The translations under genes and the position numbers were made by a program. From Psilocybe cubensis (lineage: Eukaryota), in assembly GCA_017499595.2 (NCBI GenBank), contig CM039002.1:2108001-2172000 (forward strand): a DNA stretch of 64,000 nt, read 5' to 3'. The notes beneath the pieces were generated by a model that was not told the DNA's origin, did not search any database, and saw only the letters and a program-made list of their open reading frames with translations. Positions 45,898-58,477 of the stretch are shown in pieces. The first letter of the stretch is position 1. The number at the start of each line of letters is the position of its first letter.

Positions 45898-47015
45898 AAG
45901 ATGAGTACCAATCGGCAGACCCGACTTAATGGATCGCCCTGGCTGGTGGGAATTCACGACGTCATTTATCAGGTCACCCGGTCACGTTTGATTGGATCTC
46001 GTGTTCTAAATTTACCGCTATCGCGTCTTTGCTTCCATCCACGATGTTCAAAAGCCATTCGTTTTCTGCTTTGCTATCCTCAGAAATTCTGTCTCAATTC
46101 AAGTCTCTCAGCGCTCTGTTAGTTTTGAAGAGAAAACAATAGCATAATTTCTCAGATTGAAATGCACTGCTCTCCGCCCAACAAGAGTGTAATCAGTCTA
46201 ACAAAAGCTCGCGTTTCTGACTCGCACATCTCGTGTCGACGCTTCGGACAGACACCGAGCACACTTTCTATGCTGTCCCCTATGTTGAATCTCTTGTCTA
46301 TCACTCAGTTATATCTCCTCTCGTCTCAAATACCTGCAATATCTTTCTATGTCTTCAATGAGAACAAACATCACATGCCACAGCTCTTTCTTCCTACGCG
46401 CGCTAGTTCCATCTATGGTAATTAACACGCATTGTTTTCTGATCATGCCCTTCTTTTCGGGCACTGCCATTATGTCCTCCCGATTTCTTGGTGATAATGG
46501 CCCCGATGTATGATCGACGTTGATTGGGCTGGAATTATTGTCCATTTATCCTCCGCCACTCCGCTTCATCCACAACTACGTGGAAAAAAAGACAAGTCCC
46601 TTTATCAGGGTACTGATTGGCCACACATTACCAAACACATACTAATGACTCCTTCCACCACTTAATTCCATCTCACACACTCCATCTGATACCACTTACA
46701 CCTCCTCTACACCATTGTATTTCTTGTCCTAGGTCCCTTCACCTGCGTGAAGGTCCTCCCTTGACACGCCGCTGAACGGCGCTACTGGACATGCATTGCA
46801 ACGTACAGATTTTCATTAACATTCTTGCCGTTGTCCTGTTCACCTCCGCTTTTATCCATCTCATTATCTCAATCATCTATACCAATCCGACAGAGGTAGC
46901 ATTCACAACGGCATTGAGCACAGCTGCCAACTCAGGCATCGCGCACCCTACTCTGATCTACAAAATCGCAGCTTTTGAGCCAACCGAAACACAAGTTTTT
47001 GTACACGCCAATAGC

Positions 47016-50000
47016 ATGCGCCACACGGGCAATAATCAATCACAGACTACACCAAACAATAAGGGAAAAGGGAAAGCTAAGGCAGTGAGCTAATTAGACT
47101 GCTTCAGTAACTGGTCGAAGGATTCTAACGTTGATAATTGAAATTTTTGCAGGTTGACAAACCCCATCAGCAACCTCTCGAAGGCCCTGCACAGAATAAT
47201 GACGACAGCTACCAAAATGACATCGAACAAGCCACAAAGAAGAGCAAGAAGAAAAATCTAATCAGAACTGAGCGCGAGCGCAAGGCTGCAACTAGCTCTG
47301 CAGGCGTGGGCCCATCTTCTCAGACGACAAGCCCTGTACGCAACTTTAATACCTCAAGATCATTGGCGATCGGCCATCGCGAGGTACGTTTTCATGTTAT
47401 CTCATTGTGTGCATCTGCAGTAACCCTCACACACAACATCTCCATATCAGGAAACAAATACCACAGACGTCTTTGCTCCTGCAGGCTCTACCACACACTC
47501 GCCAATACAAGTCCACACAAGGGACAATGCAACAACGGGTCGGAATCCATCAACTTTGGTACACTTTTTTGCTGTTATTGCCTGATATGATGGTAGCTCA
47601 TTGTGTGTTTTCCCGATTTAGCAGAGCAACCCCGCTGTTTCTAGCAGTACACAGCAATATATTCCTCCTCCATACAATGATGAGGATTCGATTTCTCCAG
47701 ACACTTATTTTGAGGCGCGGAGGGCACAAAATGAATACTATTCTTCCTTGGAAAATGAACCATTGTACACCGAGCACATTTCCCGATCGCCAACTCCTGA
47801 ACGCTCCGCACCCCCTGCTCCAAGGTGTAGGCCACAAGCAACTTTGAGGCCCGCTTCTCACCAACCAGTCTCAAGTAACAGTGACAATGAAGGCAGATAT
47901 TACAATATCTCCATCTCGTCTAGCCCTTCCCAGTCATTGTCTTCCATTGCCCAGAGCAAAATGTCAATCAACACCAATTGGCCTTTCTCTGTGCCTGAAT
48001 TCTCATTGCCACCATCCAGCCCACCATCTACCGATTATGAAGACGATGAGGATTATGTCCCCGTTCACATGCGGCAAATAGCACCATTACCCGTGAGACG
48101 CTCAACCGCAAGACCAGCTGTTGCCGTACCGCCAAACACATCTGAAGCAACACCTAATCCTTCGATTGATCCTTCTGTGCCAAGTCCTGCTATCCAGGAT
48201 GAGTACATAGAACCGGCTCAGCGGCCTATTGCTGCATTGCCCAGACGCCACCGCATTGCATCTGTAAATCAGGCTTTGTTGGTTGGTGTCTCCAACAGCA
48301 GTGTGGTTCAAGAAAATTCAAGTAGCTCTGGGTTTTCTCAATCAACATCATAATTGGCAATGGCGCTTTAAGCCGTTGGACTGACGGACCCTGGAGTCTT
48401 GTCTTCATTATTGTCAATGGCGCCGCCTCACACCCTCGGACTGACAGGCCATGGAGTCTCAACTTCATCGTCATCAACGGTGCCTGAAGCTTTTGGGCTG
48501 ATGGGTCCTGGAGTCAATTCTTTCAATTTTGGAAACATTAACCTGCCAGGACAAACCACGGGCTTTCCTGTTGCCGTATCTAATATATCTGGAGCGACAT
48601 CTAGTTCTTTGTATGGCGCTTTATCAAGTACTGAGGTCTCCGCTGAGTACATCAAGCCGGCTCGGAGGCCTATTGCTACATTGCCCAGACGGGGCCGCAT
48701 TCCATCTGTGAACCAGGCTTCATCGGTAGCCGCCTTGAACAGCAACACGAACAAGAATCCAGATAACTCTGGTATTTCTCAATCGACTTTGTCATCATCA
48801 ACGGCACCCCAACAGCCTCTTGGTCTCATGGATCCTGGAGTCAGCCCGTTCAACTCTGGAAATGGTGACCTGTATCAGCAGGAGCAGGACATGGCTCACT
48901 TCCTGGCATCTCTGAAATCATCCCAACAGTCCTCCGCTGCTTCAAGTCAGTCTCACAAAACGCAAACTGGTGCACCTCAGGCACATTTGCAGGCACCTAT
49001 CTGGACAAGCAACTCGGATCCAGTCTCAGCAAATATAGCGGCGTGGCAGCCTCCTCGTTCAAGGCTCGAACACGTCTATGTCACCACTCCCCAGGTTCGC
49101 GCAGATGCTAATTCATTCCAGCCTCGAAGGTCTGGACAGTCGTCTAGCAACACCGACGCAACTAGGTACTTTGATATGGATGCTGCTCGGAGGAACAGCG
49201 TTCCAATCGAATTCAACAGACTGGCACCGGGCACGCGCAAACTCGACGAGTGGTTTGATACTCCGGACAGATATCTGGAGGAGGCTGCCAGCATCACCCA
49301 AGGCAGCATGGGCTACAACAATGCCCGAAATCCCTACAGCAACGACGCCAACATGGAGGTTGCAGGACTCGGACAGGGATCGTCGCAATCGACCAGCACT
49401 GGTAGACAAGTCGGGACTGGCTTTCAATTCCACCAGGCTCAAGATTGGGGGTTCCACAACAATCAAGGTTCACGTAAGTTATATTTTTATTCTGAGCGCT
49501 TCAATGTGTTTCAGCCATCTTGTCTAACTTTCATTTATGCGCCCATTATAGACGTGCCGTCATCGTCGACGGCACACCGGAGGGCCCGCTCGAACATGGG
49601 CCTGGTCAACACAAGCGGCACTGGACTTACTAGGACGACCATACCATCATCTGAAATGCGCTCTTCTATTGAAGAGCCATACAGATTCACATTTTTGTCG
49701 TCCACAGTTACTGCTCCCAATTTCCAAATCCACCCGCTTTCCATCCCGACAATTGCTCAACCACCTCGGGCTTTTGAATTTGCTGAACCCCTGAACCTGG
49801 CCAAGTACAATGAGCAAGGAGTCAGCTACAACAGTGTACAAGGACAGGAGGATCCAGTCTACAATGGATCCCAGGAGGACACTCAGGTCATCGAATCCAT
49901 GGACATTGCATCGCAAAACCACGCCAGGGTTTTTGAAATGGAAAAGGACGGTATGAAGACGCCTGCTTATAGCGGGTTGGCTCCTGTCCAGGAAATTTTG

Positions 50001-52881
50001 GAAGCATCTGGTGAGTTTTACGGTCATCTTACGGATTCTCGACATTCCTTCCCAGCCACTGTCACACTGGATCAGGCTCCTAGTTTGGTATCAACATCGT
50101 TGCCGGAATTTGAAGGAGATCAGCGCATCGACACTCAAATGGATGGAAAAATGGATGGAACAGACGGACTGCAAGGTGCAGAGCAGTCCAACAACACCCC
50201 ACCAGCAAACAATGCCGACGAATTGCGCCAGGATTTCGCGCCATTGGCGCCAACAGCTGTGAGTTTTCTTATTGATTGTTCACCAAGTTGATTGTGTGTT
50301 GATGTCATTTGAAGACCCCGGATTTCTTGATGGGAACAGAGGAAACCGCGGACGCTATGTCTTTTGGAGAAGACGGTATGTGCATCAAAATTCTATATAA
50401 TTTTCAAGTCATTTCTAACTCATTATGACCAGGCAACTTTACCAAAGCAGCAATATCGTCAACATTACTAGCTGCCCACTTGACGGGGCAACCGCTGCGT
50501 GAAGCCAAACCAAAGTTGGTCCTTTACATAGCTCTAATTTTCTTTACTAACATCGGCTTGCATTGCATTGCAGCGAAGATCACGCTGCTGATCTATCGAG
50601 GCTTGCGATGGCTTCTGAACCTGTGAGTTCAGAAGTCAATTTTGGTACCATCAAAGCAGGAATTTTGCCAGCGCAAACAACTGCCCACCTGGCGGGGCAG
50701 CCGCAGCAAGAGGCCGTTCCCAGGTATTTGTCTATTATTATTCCAAAAAAGCATTCTTTTGACCATACCTCATCTTCTGGCAGCGCTGATTACCCTGCTG
50801 ATCAGCCGTGGCCTGTGGATTCCATCGACACATGGAATTCTCAATCCGCGGAAATGTGCGTACCTTTATCATGCTTTGAACTCAGTTTTCTAATCATTGC
50901 ACATACTTTGATAGTTTCGATATTGGCAGCGGCATTACAACCAGCGGAAACAACTTTGGGCAGCACATCTACGCCCAAATCCAGTCAAGAGAGGTTTCTG
51001 CATCGGATCCAGCCGATATCGAAGAAGATGGTGAACTCGACTGGCTAGCCAAGTCATTCCAATCAGGTAAGGTATAAACAAATCCTTTACCATCTTTGCT
51101 TACCTTTTCTCGAACTTGCAGTGGTGCCCAATGACCACAGCATGCAGGACTTGGATACTGGAGACAAGGGTGAAACTCCCTTGTCATCGACTCCTCAGCC
51201 TCCACCGCAGCAAAGTCAAGGTGACACTCTGGTAGAAGCCGCGTCTGACGACGCTATGGCTCCCTTACCGGCATTCGAAGGAGTCAACGCCGAGGTCAGT
51301 GCTTTAGGATTCAAGTCCGAGGCAGCTACTAACACATCCCAGATCCCCAGCGAGCTGGATGCCAAAGTAGGCAATGCATGATTGAACAACCTCATCGACC
51401 TGCTTGCCAATTGGTTGCTGACAGATCCGACTGATGCGACCCCCGTCCCCTCCGCCACTGCCCCTTCTGCTGCTGCCCATCAACCGGTAGCCACCGCAGA
51501 GCAGAAGGAGCACTCACCGGTCAACGGCGACTCTGGGACTGGAGAAGGGGAGAATTCTAGTGGTAGGCCACCACTAGAGGTCTCATCTTCTCCTTTTCCA
51601 AGTCCGGTTGAACCCACAGAACCGGCGGTCCTTCAAGGCTCGGATAACGGCTCAACGATGGCGCCGCCCTGTGCATCCCCGGAACCAACGCCAACCACAT
51701 CCCATGAAATCCCAGACTTGGGATCACTGGGTGTGCAGCAAGGTGAGGTCGGCGAGCCAACATCCGCTGAAGTCCTGGATGGGATGGGCTTTAGTACTGG
51801 GGAAACAGGTATGTTTTGACTTTTTAATATACCACAATTCACATGTAATTCCGACACTCTTGCTTCTCTATCTTCTTTACCAGGCAACAAGGTAGCGGCT
51901 CAGGCTCAACAGCCTATTACAGGGCTTTCGGACATCGAGTCAGCGGGAAAGCCCAAAGACAAGAAACGGCGGACCATCAGGCGACCACGTCAGGGCAGGG
52001 AAGAGCGCCCGACCATGGGATGGCCATACCACAGGCCCCCTAATCCCGCTGCGCACATCCGGCCATCGCGATTCGAAGGCAAGATCGTCCGCCATTCCAT
52101 TCCCACTCGCAGGTCGGAGGACATCCCAGTTGTGGAACCAGTGCCACCTACTCGGAAACCAGCGGCCAAGGACGCACTCAAGCGTCTGGAGAGAAGAAAG
52201 TTGGGTATCAATCCACCACCATACCCCAATCGCACCGAGCGACCGGCCTTGCTTGCAAGGCTCGCGCGATTCGGGGCTCAAGAGGTATCCGAGGCGGTAA
52301 CGGCGCCCACCAACTTGCGAGAGGCCCCCAAAGACCCGCTGCCCAAAGCGGCTTCTATCCAGGTTCAACCGGCACCTACTACACTCCCCCGCGTGTCCCA
52401 GGCCATCGTACACCCTCAGCCAACACCCGTCGGCCCGATTCAGGCTGTCCAACGTGATGCGACACCCCAGCCAACTCGAGCGCGAAATGGCGGCCTATTT
52501 GGACACCCCGCACGCATTGAAGGCACACACACGGGCATGCCGCGCGGTCAGGCGCTTCCATTCGAGTCCAAACCAGTGGCTAGGGTAGACCCCATTACTG
52601 CACTGCTCAGGCTCCGACCCCTGGAAGAGCCAGAGGAGGAGGACATGGATAGGAGGCATCGTCGCAATTGCGCTGATCGCAAACGGAAGCGCACTCAGCA
52701 GAGGTGGACGCGGCGCCAGGACCTGGTGGTTGAGACTGAGGAGATGGAGGAAGAGCCGGAAGCGGTGGACATAAGGGAGCTTGACCCTATTCTAACGCTG
52801 CGCGGGTTCGCGACGATGGTGGCGATGTTTGGGGCGGGGTTGTTTTTGGACAGCCTAGTCGGACGATGGTTTGGCGTCTAG
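47016..52881 (+). pseudogene. Large low-complexity orphan gene (S/P/Q-rich, internal repeats, C-terminal hydrophobic segment), probably disrupted
   Basis: A chain of + strand ORFs linked by short GT-AG introns, from MRHTGNNQ (47016) to ...FATMVAMFGAGLFLDSLVGRWFGV* (52881). ORFs 47748-48353 and 48399-50291 share a frame but are split by TAA at 48351 and 48369. Could be two genes. Confidence 0.5.
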
Positions 52882-53368
52882 TCGGCCAAAGCTGATATGT
52901 CGGGTTGTATTTCATTTCGGTAAGCCTCAAACTCCTTGTTCTTCGCTCTGACATGTGTTGACAACAAAATTGCCTCTAAGATTATTTTTATTTCAATTCA
53001 GATATAATAATCTGTAGCATCAGGGATTTGGGGAAAATCAGATACCACATGTAATCTGGCGTCGACACTTATTTGTCCTTGTATGATAATATATTGATGC
53101 TATATACATTATACCATCTTATAATGTTGCACATGTGGAATCCAAATGATACCACAATTACACCGATGATATCAGAAATATATAACCTTATATACCGCTT
53201 ATACCTATGCTGCCAGCCTGATATCATAATATGGTATGGAATAATGTATATACCAGCATTACATTTGTATATACCACATGTAGCTACTTAGGATTATTTA
53301 GTATTGCCTCGGGTGGTCGCTCAAGCCTTGTAGTAGAGTACATGTTCATATTGAAAGCTACAGACACT

Positions 53369-56300
53369 TTACAAATCATCAAAACCAAGATCGTCGTTAT
53401 CAACAGTGTCATTGTCAAAGTCCTCGTTTGCTGAATGACTGTCGATATCTTCATTATCGGACTCTGAGTCATCAGACATGTCATCGGGACACCCAGGTCC
53501 ATCATCTTCTGCTGCCTCAAGTTCTTCTGCAATGTCGGAAGGCTCTTCAAATTGAAATCTTCCTGAGGCTTCTTGGTGACCAATTCCAATGCCGAGATAT
53601 TGAGATAGCATATCACGATCAACAAAGCTGTAAAATTGAAGTCAACACAGTGCAAGACCAAACAATTAGAAACGTACATGTTGACATAGTAGTTCATCCA
53701 GTCATCGGTTTCCTGGGGCGGTCTGGCCTGAGTTGGACCTGTTGTGCGCAACAATTCATTTGTCCGCCCATCAACAAAGGATGGAAGTAGATGACATCCA
53801 CGAACAACCAAAGAAGGGTCCAAAAATCCAAACGCAAATTCATCGTCTTCTACAACAAATCCAATTTTGGGAAGACATGCTAGTTTTCGACCAGATTTGT
53901 ACCCAGGTTCTACCCCCAACCAACGTACCCATAGAAATTCCACTCGCTTTGGGCTGCAATTGCGTGATTTTGGCCCCGTGTGCTGAACGTCTGCATGAAA
54001 AACACCTATCACAGATGCATACCAGAAGGGATGGGCACCTGGTTCCGTTTCTGGAGATAGCACCATGACAAACGGATGGCTTCGTGTGCTGATGGTGTCA
54101 TATGCCCGTCGCATGTCATACGTAGTATAATACGTACGCATAGTATTAACTCAAAACATTGTATTGTTGATAAATCGAAGATTATTACGATCTTCATCAT
54201 CAAAAAGAGAATCTGTGTCGTCGCCGTCAAATGTTCTTCCAGTCAATCGGCCTAGTAGGTGATTCTTGAGGAGATGCAAAAAGTTCTATAAATAGCTATA
54301 TGAACTATTAAAGTGACTTGAACACAAACAATGACTTACCTTCTTTGCAGGATCAGTATCATTTTGCATAAAAGCGAAAATTGGGACTGGCGTATTTCGT
54401 GATTTTGAGATATAGTGCGTGTCTTGAAGATGCCCAGATACTGCTGCTTCTGCCCTTTCAGCTATACAATCCTATTGATAGGGCATTGTACTCTGCAAGG
54501 CCATCATGCGACTGTACTTTTGAGCAATCTGCTTGTTGGCATCCTTTTTGTTTGTCAATTTGTACAATGATTTTAGCAAACGATGGGCCACTTTGCTCTG
54601 CATGATTATATTAGACAGATTGGGTACGATACTATTCAAAACATACCAGTTGAGTTGAATAAGAATCAGTGGTTCCAAAATTTCGAATATGTCGGACATA
54701 ATCCCCTAAAAAATGAAACTTTGGTGTGTTCAGATTGAATTTTATTGAACGTCGGCTTGAAGGTGCTTTGGCTGGTGCATTATTTTCCACAGTAGACGCC
54801 TGTTTCTGTGCTTGACGACGCTGGCGTGCGGCAGTTTCTTGAGGAAGCTCAAAAGTTTCAAAATGAGTACAAGTTACATCTCGAAATTCACGCATTAATT
54901 TGCCAAATTCAAAAGTGAGCTCGTCGAGCAATTTTAAACTCCCTTCGGTATGTATTCGCATCTTGGCCAAACCGTGCCATTTGGCGGTACGGTACAAGAG
55001 CTTTGAAATTTGTCGATCATGTGGATCTGGAAACAGTCCTTCAAATATAGGAATAGCACACTATAGTAGGTATTAGCATGGAATGTAGGTGTGTAAAGCT
55101 TTAGATTCTTACTTGCAAAAGGTCTTCGAAATCATGTGCTGCCAATTTTTTTATTTCCAAAGAATTTTCAGCAAAGTTACGTATAGTACCATTGCCAAAG
55201 GTTGAGACCTGTCGGTATCTGTTATATTTTGAATATTAATTATTAGTATTCAGGCATAGTTTGCACACGTACCGTCTGTCTAGCTCTGTTACAAGTTCAT
55301 TGGAATCCCCTCTAGCAGCATATAGTAATCTAATCAGATGAGTAAATAAGCTTTTCCAGACCCCAATTTCAAACTCATGCAGCAAATCAACAGTTAGCAT
55401 ATCAGACGGGTTAAAATCAAGGCCCAAACGTGCAACAAAAGCATTCTGTGACAATCATCATTTTTGGTTTTTAATCATTAAGAAAATATACGTACTTCTG
55501 TTGGAACACTAGAAAACGGCTTGAGGAGGCGATTGACAACTTCTGATTTTATTGAATGCCCAAGACAATAAATGGCATCACGGGCGAGTGCAACTTGCTC
55601 GACAATGTATTGACGAACTGTTCTATTATCAGTTCGGAGATTCTTGTCACGTTTCAATCCAAGCTGGTCTAGCTTGGACTTTGGCACAAGACAAGTTGGA
55701 CAAGGGCATAGGCTCTTATCTCTAATCGTGACCAATAGAACCCTACAACCAAGGTCCAATCAGTAAAGAACATACAGCAGCAAATAAAACCACACTTTTC
55801 AGGATAATCAGCTGAATATGTGAATATACGCGGATAAAATCGTCTTTCAATGCCGTCATGGCATTTAATAACTATTCCATAAAGGTATGCATGCTTAAAG
55901 TCATTGTCCAATATAATCTTCCAGACACCGTGGATTAACTCGCGTCGACAATGTGTGAGCAGTTGTTGGCTTTGTGATTTCCATTTGGGGTGATTTTCCG
56001 ATGCGAAATCTTTAAACAAGTCTGGAAGCTGTCGGAAAAGTAAATATAAAATCACAAGTAAAGTTATAAAGCATACGCACCGAAGGAATATATGCTAGAT
56101 GATGCAATGCACCAGAGCCGGGCTGAGCACGAATATATTTAGACAAATTTCCTGCCATCACATATATGGGCCATCCTTTGGCATTCCCGAAATTGGTGTA
56201 GTGAGTTGCATCAGAGGCAATTTGAAGAGCAGCCACAACCTTTTCACGTTTACAATTGGGGTTGTCAGGAGGTAATGCACCACGACGCTGAATTGCTTCA

Positions 56301-57389
56301 CTTTTGGCAAGAAATGCATCAGAATTATAGAGTTCGGAAAAGATACGTTCAGATTTGTTGGTACAGGGAGATTGATGCCAAAGCTCAAATGGAGCATAAT
56401 GCATATGCTTGGCTAGAGGGCCCGTAAACATTTCAGTGATAAGAGAGGTGAAGAAGCGATGGAGGAGGCCTGGAACAAGATAAGGAAGAGGTGGACAGTG
56501 TGGGATTCCAGACGGCACCCAAATTCGTACACAGGTTTCTCGGAAATGAGCTCCAAGCCCCAATGTAGCAATTGCCTTGTCCATTCGAGCATGCTCTCGT
56601 CTAGCATCAAAACCAATCAGGTCCTGGGCATTGAAATTGGGTGCAAGTAAAACTGTATCAACGAGCTCATTGATCTGCCCAATAGACTTCAATGTTTGGC
56701 CGTTATTGGCCCATTGCAGTAGAAGATGTACGGTAGACTGAAGATTGGAGATATATGATGTGATCCCATCCAGAATTGAGGACGATAGCTGCTTAAAGGT
56801 AGCTGGTTTGGATGCCAGGTCTTCCAGAGAAAGAAAAGAGTTGGGATCGTGATGTGGGCGTCGAGGGTAGTAGCGCCAAACACCAAACACATTGATTACG
56901 GATGTGAATCGGTCGAGAACATACAGAGTAACCCGACGTGTAGCAGACAGTGGTAATGGTGGTAAAGATGAAACAGGTTCGGGCAGAGTTTGATTATTCC
57001 TACGCGGATTTCTGTGTTGGCGTGATGGGCAGCCAGACCAGGAGGGCATAGAGATCTCGCTATGTGATAACGGGCATGGATCGTGTGTGGAGGGGGTTGG
57101 TGAAGCGGGACAGATATCATCCATGGCACTGGTTTCCTATGCATAAAATGGGTTGGTGCACTGTATTCACAACAAAAGTCAGGCAAGTGCAAGTATGATA
57201 GAAAAAGCTCACATTATTTCTATGTTTTTCACTGCTGTGCCCGTTTGCCCGATTTCTCTTTATTTGGTGGGAAAGTGCTAGGGCCCTCTCGTTCATCTCG
57301 AGTACGTGCACACACTTTGCTGCATGCTTGGATATGCTAGTTTCTTGACTATACGTTGCTTTGCAAAGTGTAGCTGGGCATTTGTACAT
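53369..57389 (-). mobile_element. Plavaka-type transposase gene, degenerate (pseudogene)
   Basis: N-terminal Zn-finger-like YKCPATLCKATY...HAAKC. Motifs ERIFSELYNSDAF, SDATHYTNFGNAKGWPIY, RRFYPRIFTYSADYPEK, CPCPTCLVPK, VDLLHEFEIGVWKSLFTHLIRLL, WHGLAKMRIHT, KFHFLGDY...FGTTDSYSTQ, HPFWYA, EFLWVRW, FGFLDP, FVDRDM. In-frame stops at ~57137, ~54472 and ~54151. Confidence 0.85.
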
Positions 57390-57700
57390 CAGTATTCTGT
57401 ACTGGTTGCTCGCCTGAGAACGTCTAATGCTTCAATTATGAGCAAGAAGGCAGGGACGATTGTGAAAAATGTGTTAACGCGCAGTTGAGACGCGGGTCGC
57501 GCGTCACCGTTATGTGATCTAAGATGGCTGGCTGCTGCCCACCTTTGAACACTTTCTCTCTAGTACGACCCGCTCATCCAGCCTGCACTCCTGAGACACA
57601 ACATCACTTTGACCACCAACGCCACAAAGAATCGCCTCTGCGCGGTACAGCGCCGCCGTGCTGCCCGCATTTGGACTTTTCCAGCCAACGTCAAGAATCT

Positions 57701-57766
57701 CCACTATCCATCTGCGTCGCTCGCGGTTGGCCACCACTATCCATCTGCGTCGCTCGCGGTTGGCCA
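57701..57766. repeat. Perfect 33-bp tandem duplication
   Basis: ccactatccatctgcgtcgctcgcggttggcca occurs twice in tandem. Confidence 0.9.
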
Positions 57767-58023
57767 CCATCGCTCCAATTTGACGTTGTCGGAGTGCGTA
57801 CGAATCAACTGGAAGGTGCGTCGCATTGTCTTGCACAGTGCACAGTCACTGATATGATATGATAGCAAAACAAACATCTACTGGACGACGACGACGACTG
57901 GCCAGGCGGCGACAACTCTTCTCCTTCTCCAAACCCCCCTCCAACCCAAACACCAACCACACCTCCCCTCTCCCACCTGACTGGCTCGACCTCATCACCC
58001 CATCTCCGACGCCGCAACCTACC

Positions 58024-58475
58024 TGTCAGGGTTTCTCCAGTTTCCCCTCTTTATCTTCACAGAATTATCTTATCCTTTCATTATCTTATCAATTATCTGA
58101 TTAGATAGTTTATTTCTTTCATCACAGCCTTCTTGCTCCACTTCTTTCTAGTAAATTCTATATGATTCCTAGTCTTACTCATTCTTTTTCTATATGATGT
58201 CACTTTTATTCTTTAACCTTCCTTTATGATGTAATGTAGGGAATATTCTAGAATAGCTGTAGAGTATAAATACTGGACTTGTAGGTAGCTGTAGCTTCAG
58301 CTTCAATCTCTTAGGATATCCACTATCATTGGTGTGATCTCTTAGAACCATTGAATCTCTCTCACTCTCTTATTCTCTCTTTGCTCTCTTACTCTCCCTC
58401 TGCTCTCTCTCTCTCTCTCTCTTGCTTAATCTTTGTTGGTGGCCTTGTCACACTGATTATAGTGTTGCCCTGACA
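58024..58475 (+). repeat. 5' LTR (452 bp)
   Basis: TG...CA ends with an 8-bp inverted repeat (tgtcaggg/ccctgaca); internal TATAAATA at 58265; (CT)n tract in the 3' part. Confidence 0.9.
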
Positions 58476-58477
58476 GA

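Noticed and set aside
57701-57766. 33-bp repeat as a CRISPR-like array
   Set aside because: Only two adjacent copies with no spacer, in a eukaryotic context with no cas genes.
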